This document shows, one piece after another, positions 23,682 through 36,791 of a DNA stretch of 64,000 bases (the stretch's first letter is position 1; the number at the start of each line of letters is the position of its first letter). Made by a program: the position numbers and the translations under genes. The stretch is from assembly GCA_043228905.1 (NCBI GenBank), contig JBHGNT010000021.1:9424001-9488000 (forward strand). Reading direction: 5' to 3'. The stretch comes from Azolla caroliniana (Eukaryota > Plantae > Polypodiophyta). The notes under the pieces were generated by a model. The model searched no databases. It was given only the letters and a program-made list of their open reading frames with translations, and was not told the origin of the DNA.

Positions 23682-26600
23682 TGTTGAGCGGCAACCTCAA
23701 CTGGAGCCAGATTGGCTGAATAAGCCTAAACTGGCAAGCGAGACGGATCGGTAAGCCATGAACAACTGAGCCGGAAAGCAACAGACCCGATGAGTTGGGG
23801 AGCCAGTTAGCCGGATCCAGACGGTAACCGGAGGCCTAGTATTAGTTTAGACTACTAGGTAGTTATAGTCTCGTAGTAAGTGTCAGATGCTCGTGTGAGC
23901 ATTGAAGTACGCGGTACTTCTGTTAGTCCCACGAGGACTTGTATAAATAGTGCTACTAAGCACAGTTGTAAACACAGAGTGTCTATATTTTTTTGAATAT
24001 AGCTTTTATGTTCTACTCTCTCTGTCTCTCCCGTGTACTCTATGTATTCTCTGCTTTCTCTGTTTTCTAACGCTTCCGCAAGTAATCATTTACATGGTAT
24101 CAGAGCGCGAGGGTTGAGAACCTCTGTAGCTGACAAACGCTTGAAAGCAAACCCTAACAGGTCGTAAGAACAACAGACAGAGAACTGATGGATAGAGGGA
24201 TGGCTAGCTCGCTCCCTGTGGAGAAACTCGACAGATCCAACTACGCATCTTGGTCGTACAAGATGCACCAGTACCTACTTGGGCATGGCTACTAGAGTTT
24301 CGTCGAAGGAGCCAACGAAACAGCACCTAATGCGGCACATAAGGACTTCCCAGTATGGGAACAATCAGCAAGCAGAGTGATGTACTGCTTCGCGTCTAGT
24401 GTCGAAGACCAGCTGTTGAGCCACATCCGAGACACCAAGACGCCGAAGCAGGCTTGGGGAAACCTGAAGAAGGTTTTCGCCACGAGCACTACAGCCCAGA
24501 AGCTACAACTCCGACAGGAGTTAAGCAATGTTCGACAGAAGCACATGTCGGTGGCGGATTACACGGCCCAGATCAAAGAGATCTGTGACTCGCTTGCCTC
24601 TATCAACGTTACCATACAAGAAGAGGAGATGGTACAGGTTTGTCTTCGGGGCCTGGCATCTAAATACAGAGCATTCCGAATGGTGGTATGTACAAGGGAG
24701 AATACGTTGTCATTTTCGACTTACAGTCGATGCTCCTTGTAGAGGAGAACCACGTCGGTGCGTCCACTGGCGCACCCATTGACATCTGGATGTTGTACAC
24801 GGAAGCGGATCGGTCCCGTGGGTGTGGTGGATGAGGTGGGTCGGCACGCAATGGAGGCGACCGGCAAGACCAGGAACAAAGGCACAAAGAACGTGCCGAT
24901 AGCAGTTCCGAACCCTCCAAGAGCAGGGGGAGTCATGGCGGCACCGGAAGATGGCAAGAGAAGACTGCAACGGAATGCTGGTACTGTGGCAAAGAGGGCC
25001 ACAGAGAGAGCGAGTGCTAGAGAAAATGCGCCGATTCGGACAAATCCGGATCCGGCAAGGCCGGCAAGGATGGCCGGCAAAGCTCGCACTACGCGAAGGG
25101 ATCGGGAGGATCCAAGAACGGTAACGGGCCAGCCTTGGTGATGAAGCACTAGGCGAACTCAATGAAGAAGACCACTTCTAAATTGGAGGAAGTCTGGTAT
25201 GTTGATTCCGGTGCGTCGAACCACATGATGAACCACAAAGAGTGGTTCTCCATTTTGGAGAAACCGGATCAACAAGGAGTAGTCGAAACCGGAGACGACA
25301 CTCCTGACCCAATTGCGCACATCGGAGAAGTCCCTTTGAGCCATGTTGGACAGAAGGGGAAGTTGATGAACGTATTACACGTTCTGACAATCACGAAGAA
25401 CCTGGTGTCAGTCGGACAGATCGTCGACCAAGGGATGCAGGTGCGGTTTATACACCTCGGGTGCTTCATTCAGGAAGAGGGCCAGATTATTGGGCAAGGG
25501 CGCAGAGACGGGAGGATGTTTATCCTCGACACCAATGACATTGGCACCGCTCTGTTTGCAAAAGGACAGAAGGTGAAATCGAACATCGAGTTGTGGCACA
25601 AGCGGATAGGCTTACCAGAGGCTTCAAGACCTGCAAGCGAAACAACTTGTTTTCGGTTTGCCGAAGTTCAGCGGCCGAAAGGCCCAAGTATGTGAAGCCT
25701 GCCAATTCGGGAAGCAACACCGGCTTCCATTCCCTACCGAATGTAACTGGAGCCATAACAAGCTCGACCTTATCCATTCAGATGTGTGGGAACTCGCACA
25801 GAATGTTAGTCTAGCAGGAGTCGATATTTCATCTCCTTCATCGATGACTATACGCGGCACACATGGATCTACCTCATTGAGCGGAAGAGTGAAGTCTTCG
25901 AGTGTTTCCGAATTCTCCAAAGCATGGTGGAACAGGAATCGGAGAGGAAGATCAAATGCCTATGGTTGGATGGCGGAAAAGAATACTTTTCCGGCCAATT
26001 CAACAGTTATCTGCACCAAAAGGGAATTCAGCGAGAGTTCAGCTGCAGATACACACCGCAACAGAATGGTGTTGCCAAGAGGAAGAACCGGTTGCTTATT
26101 GATGCGGCAAGGGCAATGCATGAGAAGAAGAGCATGCCCAAATTCTACTAGGCGGAGGCAGTCCGAACGACTATCTACATCCAGAAACGGATCGGTGACA
26201 AGGTGTCAGCTCACGAGCTGTATTTCAGGCACAAGCCGAATTTGAGACACCTTAAGATCTTCGGCAGCATTGCATATGTGCATGTACCGGATGAGAAGCG
26301 GAGGAAGCTGGATGCAAAATCGGAAAAATGCATCCTAATCGGCTATGCTCAAGAGCAAAAGTGTTATAAGTGTTATAACCCCCGGACAAAGCATGTCCGA
26401 GTTAGTCGAGATGTCGAGTTCGATGAATCAGCATCGTGGTACTCCTTACTGGCCCCGACTTTCGAATCCGACCTGATGCCGGACGATGAGGCTAGTGAGC
26501 CTGAACCGGCCCAGGTAGATGATGATGAAGCGTGGACTCAGGATGAGAGTTTGGAATCGTTTCGGTTGAGCGGGCCAAACGAGAGACTGAGTCAATCTGA

Positions 26601-27954
26601 CCAATCCGATGAGGAACCGGCGAGTAGTGGAGACTCTATCGTGCACTCCCCGCGCAAGGAACCGAGCAGACGGTTCACGCGCAAAGATAAAGGGAAGAAA
26701 AAGATGCTAGACTTCGAAACCGGCAACGATGAGTCGGATCGGTGTGCATCCGACTCCGACAAGGAGAAAGGCGGATCTTCGGCAACGAAGACCGAACCGG
26801 CCAAGAAAGGCCTTAAACCGGGTAACGATGAGTTATGCCGGTCCACCCGCCAGAAGGATCCCGTCAAACGGTACAGGTACAATGAGTACATGGTGCAGCA
26901 TTACGCGTGCATGACTAAGGTGGCGGAAGTGCGTGAGCCAGAGAGCTACGCAGAAGCTGCAAAGGACACAAATTGGCGTGCCGTTATGGACAAAGAAATG
27001 CGGGCACTCGATGCCAACGAGACATGGGACCTAGTTGACCCTCCTCATCACTGTAAACTGATCGGATGCAAGTGGGTATACAAGGTAAAGTACAACGCTG
27101 ACGGTTTTGTTAACCGGTATAAAGCCCGGTTAGTGGCGAAGGGATACGCGCAAACCCACAGAATCGACTACGACGAGACCTTCGCTCCTGTAGCGAAGAT
27201 GATGACAGTTCGAGTGGTATTGCGGTTGTTGCGGCAAGGGGGTGGCATGTTCATCAGATGGATGTGAAGAATGCATTTCTTCAAGGTGATCTTGAAGAAG
27301 AAGTCTTTATGACTCAGCCTCCCGGTTTTCAATCGGAGATGAACAAGTCGGCGGTATGCCGACTGAAGAAGTCATTGTACGGCCTAAAGCAAGCCCCTCG
27401 AGCTTGGAATGCGAAGATCATGCACCAGGTGCGCAAAACCAGAAGCGTCGCGGTAAACAGAACCGGACCAGATGAGGAGCGCGAGCAAGGCGGAGCGACG
27501 CCAGGAGAAGTCGGTTGGAAGAATCGACTGCCACAGAGGTTGACACTAGGATCCAACCTCAAGTTGAGCTTGAGGGGGAGTGTTGAGCGGCAAGCTCAAA
27601 AGGAGCCGGATCGGCTGAGTAAGCCTGAGCCGGCAAGCAACAGAGCCGGTGAGCTAGGGAGCCGGTTAGCTGGATCCAGACGGTAACCGGAGGCCTAGTA
27701 TTACTCTAGACCACTAGGCAGTTATAGTCTCGTAGTAAGTGTCAGATGCTCATGTGAGCATTGAAGTACGCGGTACTTCTGTCAATCCCACGAGAACTTA
27801 TATAAATAGTGCTACTGAGCACAGTTGTAAACACAGAGTGTCTATATTGTTTTGAATATAGCTTTTACGTTCTGCTCTCTTTGTCTCTCCCGTGTACTCT
27901 ATGTATTCTCTGCTTTCTCTGTTTTTCGAACGCTTTCGCAAGTAATCGTTTATA
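23682..27954 (+). mobile_element. C1: Ty1/copia element, internally deleted (no RT C-terminus or RNase H)
   Basis: LTRs 23682-24094 and 27581-27954; TSD TGAAG; PBS TGGTATCAGAGC 24095-24106 (tRNA-iMet); PPT GAGGGGGAG 27572-27580; protease WYVDSGASNHM, integrase, RT ending at [11 protein letters not shown] ~27420. Confidence 0.93.
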
Positions 27955-30900
27955 TGAAGAAAGATTGAAAAATAAGGTTAAGAATGACATGCCGAAAGAT
28001 GGAAATGTAGGCAAATAGGGACACATGACCTATGAGACTAACCCATGCCTTTTACGACTATGCTTTTGGAATTGCAATCGATACCCATGGAATGCGGGAT
28101 TTGGCAAGAGGAGGTCACTGATGACTCGGATATCACACTTCTTGTTGAAACATGGGAGCATGATACTCAAAGGATTTAAGGTTTAGGAAACTATAATGTA
28201 CACTCTTTGATATGGAAGAAAAATCCAAGACAGAAGAGGACAAGCAGGGGTGGCATGTTTGATTAAGAAGGAACTAGAGAAATATGTATCAATCATAAAA
28301 AATGATGAACATAAATGCTACATATGGCTCAAAATAGAAACACCTAATGATTTTCCCACTTTTGTAGTTGGATGTTACATTCCTCGTCAAGGTTCTAACT
28401 TTTATGGTTGTTTGGATAAAGATCAACCTTTTTCCAATGTAGAAGCAGATATTCCTTATTTCAAATCCAAAGAAGAAGTTATTGTCTTTGGTGACATAAA
28501 TACTCGTACAAGAAGTTTCCAACTTGATTCACAAGGTATTTCATGCCACATATTTCAAGGATGCAAGAGGATATGCAAATGTATAGCCGCTCTTCTAGCG
28601 ATGAAAAAGATCCGGACCAATTTGGGAAGTTACTCCTACAAATGTGCAATAGTACCAGATTGCTTATTGCAAATGATATTTCCTTATGGCCCTTGGAACA
28701 CTAATGGTTTTACATGTACAAAACACAACGGAAATAGTGTCATTGATTATGTGCTACTTTCCGAAGGTATTTTGGATCGTATACATAAATTCTCACTTGG
28801 TGAAGGGACACCAGAATCCGATCACAGGCCTTTATGTATTGATCTCAAATATATGCATAGGTCTGATTGTGAGAAGGTTATGGAAGATATTAAACAACCG
28901 CACTTGAGCATGAACCTTAAGCGAGTGCCCATGTATTCCAAGATGGTTGAGGATATGTTACGAGACAAAGATACAACATGGTGCCACACTAGAATGCAAA
29001 TGGGAAGCTTTCAAGAAAGTCATTCTGTCCTGTACAAACAAATGTTTTTCGCCCAACGGCACATCTTGGAACTTCACCAAGAAACATAGGAAAAAATGGT
29101 TTGATAAAGAATGTCGTGAAGCTCGAAAGTGCCTTATGTTTTTGGATGTAGTTAAGGATAAAGAGAATTGCCAAAAGCATTTGCATGAGTATAAAAGCCT
29201 TATTCAAAGAAAGAGAAGAATATGGGAAGTTACTCAACAATTTATCCAAACGGAAGAGAAAGCACATGCATGTGCTAAATTTTGGGGAAATCTAAAGGGG
29301 AAACATGTTGATAGTAATGGTGACTTAACTCTTCACGACTTGTCTATGCATTGTAAGAATTTAGATGAGTTATCTCTTACCGAAAAGATGATGTGTTATG
29401 GTTCTCTTTCACATGTGTCTCCCTTCTTTACAATTCAAGATATATGCATAGGACTTAAGAAATTGGCCTCTCGAAAGGTAAGCGATCTTCAACATATAAA
29501 GCCTGAAATGCTCAAATGGACGGGAAAGGAAGCACATGTATGGATAAGCGATATGTTTAATGATGCATTGCAACATCGTATGCCATACAATTGGACTACA
29601 AATTGGATCAAACCTTTACATAAAGGTGAAGATGTAAATAATGTAAACAACTATCGAAACATCATGGTTGGCTCATTAATGGCAAAACTATTTGGATTTA
29701 TAATGGAATCAAAGATAAGTGTATGGCCTAAAAAAATTGGTAAGAGAGCGTATGGACAAGCTGGCTTTCGAAAACACCATAACACCATTGATCACCTTGT
29801 AACTCTTCGAGTATTCATGGATGAAAGTCGTCTTAGAGGTAAAGGTTTATATTGTTGCTTTGTAGACTTCAAGAAAGCTTTTGATATAGTACCCCGTGAG
29901 CATCTTTGGAGGCGAATGGAAGAACTTGAGGTGCCAAGTGAATATATGCTTGCAATTTCTCAAATTTTTGAGAAGGTTATATGTTGTGTGCGTATGCGAG
30001 ATAAAGTTTTAGATTTTTTCAAAAGTACTATTGGTGTTGAACAAGGTACCCACTCTCACCAACACTATTTGGTCTATGCATTGATGAATTAGAAGAAATG
30101 GTTACCAAGTTTGCAAAGGAAGAATGTGTTCAAGAAGTTGCCATTGGGAATTGTAAAAGATTATGTGCGGAAGCAATAGCAAACCAAACACATAGAAAAT
30201 ACGCAGGTTTAATGGAGAGCTTGAGTATACACAGTACGCGGGAGAGATAGAGAGAGAACACACAAAAACTCAATTCAAAAAATAATACTCAATCTGTACA
30301 TACACCGTGCTCAGTGAGCACCTTTTATACAAGCCCTGACAATCGGGCTAACACAAGTACTGATAGTACTTGACTGCTCATAAATAAGCCTCGACACTCA
30401 CTCCCAAAATTATTCCTTACGAGGAATATCTCTCTAACGGCCTTTCGGTTTACACACTGATATGGCCTCTCGTTACGCACCGGTTTGCGTATCCATTTAA
30501 CACACCGGTCCGGCCTAACCGATCGGTTCCAACCAATCCGGTCCTCGACTTGCTCAGCCGATCCGGCCGATGTTGAGCTTGTCTCTCAACACTCCCCCTC
30601 AAGCTCAACTTGAGGCTCTTTGGGATCTCCCAGATCACCACTCCGGTTCCTCCTGGCTCCACGCCTCACTCGCGCTCCTCGACCTGTTCGACTTCGCGCG
30701 CTTAGACCCTTCCGGTCGGCTTGTCTGCTCCCACGGCCCTTCACAGCTCCCTTGTTGTCGTGGTGTTGGCGCTTCTCCTGCTGCCTTCTTTTCCTTTTGA
30801 CCCTTGGTTGATTCAGTTGTTACCGGCCGGCAAAGAAGGCTTAAGGAGGTCCAAACCAGAGTGTGAAAGGAATAGTTATTCGGGAACTGTTGTAATTAGT

Positions 30901-31334
30901 AGTCTTAATATATATATATTATTATATAAGAAGATGTTGACGGACGGACCGGAATCGGTATGCCGATCCAGATCCGGAACGATTCCTAAAGGTGTCGGTT
31001 GGCACCGTTTTGTATTTCGCACCGGGAACCTATATAAAGGCCCGGTTACAATGTAATCAGGAGTGGATAATTAATAAAGCTTATTGTCTTAATCTTCAAG
31101 TGTTGATTACCGTTCTGTATTTATTGTTATATCTTATGCGTGTTAATTACGGATGGCTAAGTAATCGATTAAGGTCTAATTAAGCGTTGTGCCGTAAGTC
31201 ATTCTGCCGTACCACCCTTTGGTGACGTATCTTAAGTAGACACCCTGTGTTAGGCTGTTGTCCGGCCCTAGCAATAACACAGTTTTTGGCGACCACGATT
31301 CCTACATTATCGCAATGAACAGCGGCAGGAATGG

Positions 31335-33693
31335 ATGACTAGGCCAACAAACGACCCGGTTACAGAGACAGCACGAAGACTTGTTGAACGGAGACGGCGG
31401 CGAGAGGCTTTTCAGCAAGCAGTGGAAGAAATCCGAACGGATCGATCATTTTCCAAAGTGATCCGGAAAGTGGCGGAGGAGTCGCTCCGTCTGCAACAAA
31501 ACGCCTACCCGGACGAAGGAAGCAGCTTAAGCAGCCTCCGGGAAGCGGAAACCCTTCTCGAGGCCTTGGCCGGAAGAGACGGCGAATCCGAAGCATTTTC
31601 AGCGCTAGAATCGGATTCTGAAGGGGGTTACAGTGCGCATACGAACTATCGCAGCAGTAACGACACCCCAGGAGGACCGGAGGACGAGGACGAGGATGCT
31701 TTACCGACACCGGAACCACAGTTGGCAGACCAAGAACCTCCGGTGCTCGTCGTGGAGCAACCTCCGAAGACGGAAGTACACCAGCAAAAACCTCCAACAC
31801 CGGAAGTCGAGCCGGCAACACCAAAGGAAGACCGGCTAAGACCTCAGACACCGACGGAACAGCAGGAAAGACCACCAACACCGCCAGCCCGCGTACCGAC
31901 ACCGGACGACGATATGCCATTCCAGTACTCCAAGTATCGGGATGACACGGACGCAGAGGCTCATGTTCACGCGTTTCAACAAACATGGGAAGCAAAACAT
32001 GTGTCACAACGGTTAACCGCGGCAGAAGAGGAACGATCTAAGGTAGCCGAATTCGGCGTGACATTAGAAGGACCGGCCGCCAGATGGCACCGGACGCAGG
32101 ATCGCAGCACCATCACCACCTTTGCGGACCTAAAAGACAAATTCTTGCACTTATTCTAGAAGGAGGTGGATCAGCGAGAAATGGTGGTCTTATTTTACAC
32201 AATTTGGCAGGACCCCGGCGAGAGCATCCCACAGTTTGTCATCCGGTTTCAACGGATGCACAGTCAGCTTACCCGCGCAGGTCATCGACCGGGTTAGAGA
32301 AATGGAAAAAACAAGCTCTTGGCTAACAATGGGAGCCCTCCAATGAGCATTACCAACCGATGAGGATCTCTATTTCCGGCAAGCAATCCAATGTACGACC
32401 TGCTTGAATTCCGGACACTCGTCACTGGAGTGCACCATGCGGACGCACTGCTTACTCTGCCAATCTACGAGCCACACGATGGACCGGTGCGAATATAACT
32501 TATTGAATCGGTAAGCTCCACCAGTCCGGCAAATCGAGCCACGTAGCAGCCGAGACGAAGAAGATGAATGCTGGCAACGAGAGGAGCGATATCGACCGGC
32601 ACAAGATGTCTGGTACGACAATCGGCGAGACAATTACGACCGGTACAAGAGATACGACAAGTACCGAGATTACAATGGACGGTACGAGAATCACAACCGG
32701 GATCACTGCCCTGGGTATCACCAACGACGGGAATATTACAGGAGGTATGACGACCAACCCCGGCAAGGGTACCACAACAAAAAGAATTTTAATAAAAAAC
32801 AACATTTCAAAAACGGGAGCCACCCACGTGAACCGGAAAAAGGCGCCTCAAGCAGCCAACCAGACCAGAGCCCCACGGTTACCACAAGTCCTCCACCGGG
32901 TACAGGAAACAATGCCGAATCCAGTAACACCCGGAAAGCATATTGCTATTACTGCCGGCAAGAAGGACATTATAGTAATCAATGTCCGGCAAAAAGCTAT
33001 GATAAGTGACCGGCAGTAAACATGGTAGTTGCCGAAGTCGCAGACCTCCAACAGGTCACCACAAGGTCGAAGGGGAAGACTACGGAATGGGAGACACAAG
33101 AGGTCATCCGGAAACAGGCAACAGAATGGGTGAAAAAGGCAAATGAGCGAAACGTAGCAGAACTCGCGCAATAGAAGGAGAACACCGAAGAGCTCGCCGG
33201 CGGCAGTCAGTCCGAAAACGTGACATGGCAGGTATTGTAGGAATGCCAGATCACGCTGCCGTTAGGATGACTCTTGCAGCTAGTACCAAGATTCATAGAA
33301 GGACTCAAGTCTGGCATGACGACAGGCAGAACACCACCGGCTCCAGCATTCTTCCCAAATCCGGAAGAAGGACCGGCCGTGGTGGACACCAACAGTCCGG
33401 CAGTTACGGCCATTGTGAAAGGGGAAGAACTCCCCGGCACGATAATAGACGGAGGCTCTGGCATTAATGTAATCAGCCTTCGAACATGCGATGCTCTTGG
33501 AATCCGAGAGTGGGAGCCATGTCTGTTCTGGCTCCGAATGGCGAACACAAGCTCGGTGCGACTGACAGGTTTAATACGGAACTTGGAAGTAACCATCGGG
33601 GGCCACACATTCCGAATCTCAGCCGTAATTTTCCAGTTGCAGGCTGAAGGAGCGTACCCATTATTGTTGGGACACCCTTGGTTAAAAACGGCA
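31335..33693 (+). pseudogene. gag: G4 gag-protease (disrupted)
   Basis: Homologous to G2 gag (EFGVTLEGPAARW); knuckle CYYCRQEGHYSNQC near 32943; protease 33274-33690. Confidence 0.85.
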
Positions 33694-35489
33694 CAACAGG
33701 CAGCACCGGCAAGCCCCGTCACCCAAGAGCCAGAGATACAAAGGCCAACCACCCTAGCCGGCCAAGAACAAGCAGACAAGGGGCGGCTAGCCGAAACACA
33801 CTCAGAGCCGGAACGACAAAGTGGTCAGCTGGCAGAACCAGAAGCGCAGCTTGACGCAGAAAGGCGGGACCAGCCACCGGCGAGTGAACCCATCAGCCAA
33901 CTCTCCGTGCAAGCGCAACAACAGTGCACCGGCAGCCAATAGCTCCAGTGGATAGGAGACCAAATTGCCGGAGTAGTTGGATGCATAGAGGCGGAGGAAA
34001 GAGCGCAAACGAAACGGTTGCTCGTCAACCAATGAACTGGAGATGGCCCGGTCAAGGATCCGGTGCCTAGAACAAGACTTGGATCGGATCACAGGAGAGA
34101 TGGCCAGAATGGCCTTAACCACAACACAGATCCAAGCACCGGTGACTCCGGTGGATGTACAGAAGAATAAGACCCGGGAGACACAAACTATCCCAGGGAA
34201 AGAGGCGGCGCAAGCCCCAGAGCTTGCGGAATTACGAGATGAGCTCGCCGCACAAGAAGCATTACGGAGCCGCGAACGCGACTTGAAGAAGGCAGCCGAA
34301 GAAGAATTAAGAAAGACTGTTGAGAACCTTTGCCATGCAGAGGAAAACCTACGTAAAGGACATCATGCTTACGACTGGCTGAAGGAGGAAAAAGAGAAAG
34401 TGTTGCAGGAAAAAGACAAGCGGCGACGGATGGCTGAAGGAAGGGCTCCGGCAACAGAAGGACAGGGAGGACCGCGCGCGCCGTTAGATAAACCAACGAT
34501 TGAAGCAAAAGACCGATGATTTCAATCATCTGCATCGGGACTACAAGCAGCTGGAGACAGAGCATAAGCAACAACAGGAACGGATGGCCGAGCTCCGGCA
34601 AGAGGTTGATAGGGCCACAACGGCACTCACCGAAGAACGAGCGGAAAGTTCTAGGCTATTGGAGGAAGCGGCGAATGACCGTATGGAGCTCCACAAACAG
34701 AACCATGAAGACAAGGAAAGAGCGTCAATGGTACTACAGAGGTTGCAAACAACCTATCAAACTCAATTGTCGCATTATAGGGAGCAGGAGGCGGACACGG
34801 TTCGGATCATCAAGCAGTTGAAGGAAGAGCGACAAGCCGCAGAAAATAAATCACAGATGGGAGCCGAACGGATCCAGTGCATCCTCCGGTCATGGCTCAC
34901 TAAAACCAAAAGCTTGATTGATGACAGCTCTATGCGTTGGTGGGCAAAATGGGCGCAGAATACCGCGGAACTCCAATTGCTTAGGGCGGACGTTGAAAAC
35001 CGTCGAAAGGAGGGCGACGACTGCTATATGCAGACCTCGGAGGACTTCACCACCATCAGGGATGAGCTGGCGGAAGATTTCACAGCCCTGACGGATGAAC
35101 AATTGGTGCAGGTCCGGCAGCTCGTAGCTCAACTGGACGATAATCGGCTGGAGGCTCAAATCCAGTTCGAAAGCTATGAGTGGTCCCGGCTCCAGGAAGA
35201 AAAAGCGCGAAAGGCGGCAACGATCAACCTTAGTGATGAGGAACCGTCGCCGGTGCAAAGACCAGAGGGGGAACAGGCCGGGGTCAGTCAACCACAGACA
35301 ACTCTGACGAAGGAACCAACGACGGAAACGCCAGTGCTAGAGCAACAAACGGAGCCACAGCCACAAACGGAGCAACAACCACAGCCACAAACGGAACAAC
35401 AGCAGCAGCCACAGTAGCAACAACATATTCTCGATGAGGCATTGGAAATTTTGGATCAAAGCATTCTGGACATTTTGGACGAAGCGTAA
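33694..35489 (+). pseudogene. G4 extra coiled-coil ORF (C-terminal part)
   Basis: ORFs 34043-34519 and 34500-35417; WWAKWAQNTAELQLLRADVENRRKEGD; ends SILDILDEA-stop. Confidence 0.75.
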
Positions 35490-35501
35490 AAGGACTGGAT
35501 A

Positions 35502-35541
35502 GTGGGTTCGACGTACAAGGTACTGTTCCACAAGCGTGCCA
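35502..35541 (+). other. tRNA-3'-end-like motif replacing the PPT (G4 copy)
   Basis: GTGGGTTCGA-C-GTAC-AAG-GTAC-T-GTTCCACAAGCGTGCCA-TG|LTR at 35544. Confidence 0.85.
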
Positions 35542-36791
35542 TGTGTTACCGGCTGGCAAAGAAGGCTTAAGGAGGTCCAAACCAGAGTGTGAAAGGAATA
35601 GTTATTCGGGAACTATTGTAATTAGTAGTCTTAATATATATATATATATATATTATATAAGAAGATGTGGACGGACGGACTGGAATCGGTATGCCAATCC
35701 AGATCCGAAACGATTCCGTAAAGGTGCCGGTTGGCGCCGTTTTGTATTTCGCACCGGGAACCTATATAAAGGCCCGGTTACAATGTAATCAGGAGCGGAT
35801 AATTAATAAAGCTTATTGTCTTAATCTTCAAGTGTTGATTACCGTTTTGTATTTATTGTTATATCTTACGCGTGTTCATTACGGATGGCTAAGTAATCAA
35901 TTAAGGTCTAATTAAGCGTTGTGCTTTAAGTCATTCTGTCGTACCACCCTTTGGTGACGTGTCTTAAGTGGACACCATGTGTTAGGCTGTTGTCCGGCCC
36001 TAGCAATAACATCAGTGTATCCGAATCAAACATCTGAACCGACTCGGCTACCTCCGATCAGTTTTCGCTCTCGTCCGAGTTGGCTGTCTCCAACTCGTCT
36101 TCTCACCCTTGACGGCGTCATCTCCCCCATGCTTGGTTGGCTTCGGCTCTTTTTTCGGATGCTCCCCTTATGTCCGCTTTGAGACTCTTCCGCGGATCCG
36201 CCCTTGGCTTCGTCATCCGACTCGGCGTTGCGGTCTTCTCCCCCTCAAGTTCGGCACATCGAGGTGATGCAACCCAAGCGCACCCGAGAATTGTTGTAAC
36301 TTGTCCAAACCATACTGAACATACTGAAGTTCGACTTCACCAAAAAGGACACGCTCACGGACAAAATGGTAGTGTACCTCAATGTGCTTGGTCCGGGCAT
36401 GGAAAACGGGGTACTTCGCGAGCTGGATGCTGCTAACGTTGTCGCAGTAAATCGTCGTTGGATCGGACACCTCCTCTTGCAGGTCCTTAAGTAGTCACTT
36501 CAACCATATGGCTTCGCATGTCACAATAGTTGTTCCTCGGTACTCAGCTTCGGTGCTCGACAGTGCAACTGTCGGCTGCTTCTTACTGCTCCACGCTATT
36601 GCGGCACTCCCAAGAGAGAACGCGTATCCGGACGTGGATCGGCGAACGGCGATCGGCGATCGGCGATCGGTGATCGGCGGCATTGCCAACCCAATCCGCA
36701 TCAGTGTAGCCGACCAACTGCGAGGCTGTACCGGTCTGATATAGCAGTCCTCGGTCCTTAGTGTTGCTTAGGTACCGCGGTACGCGTTGCG

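Larger units (their letters stand above)
30818..36011 (+). mobile_element. G4: non-autonomous Ty3/gypsy element (gag-protease fused to the extra ORF; RT, RNase H and integrase absent)
   Basis: LTRs 30818-31279 and 35544-36011; perfect TSD TCAGT; PBS TGGCGACCACG 31287-31297; protease IIDGGSGIN / LLGHPWL. Confidence 0.93.

Noticed and set aside
35460-35541. Complete tRNA gene carried by the gypsy elements
   Set aside because: Only the T-arm and 3' acceptor strand are present. The upstream sequence is the coding end of the extra ORF, with no D or anticodon arm and no A-box.
36637-36680. (CGATCGG)n 7-bp repeat within C2 RNase H
   Set aside because: Simple slippage expansion in a dead copy.
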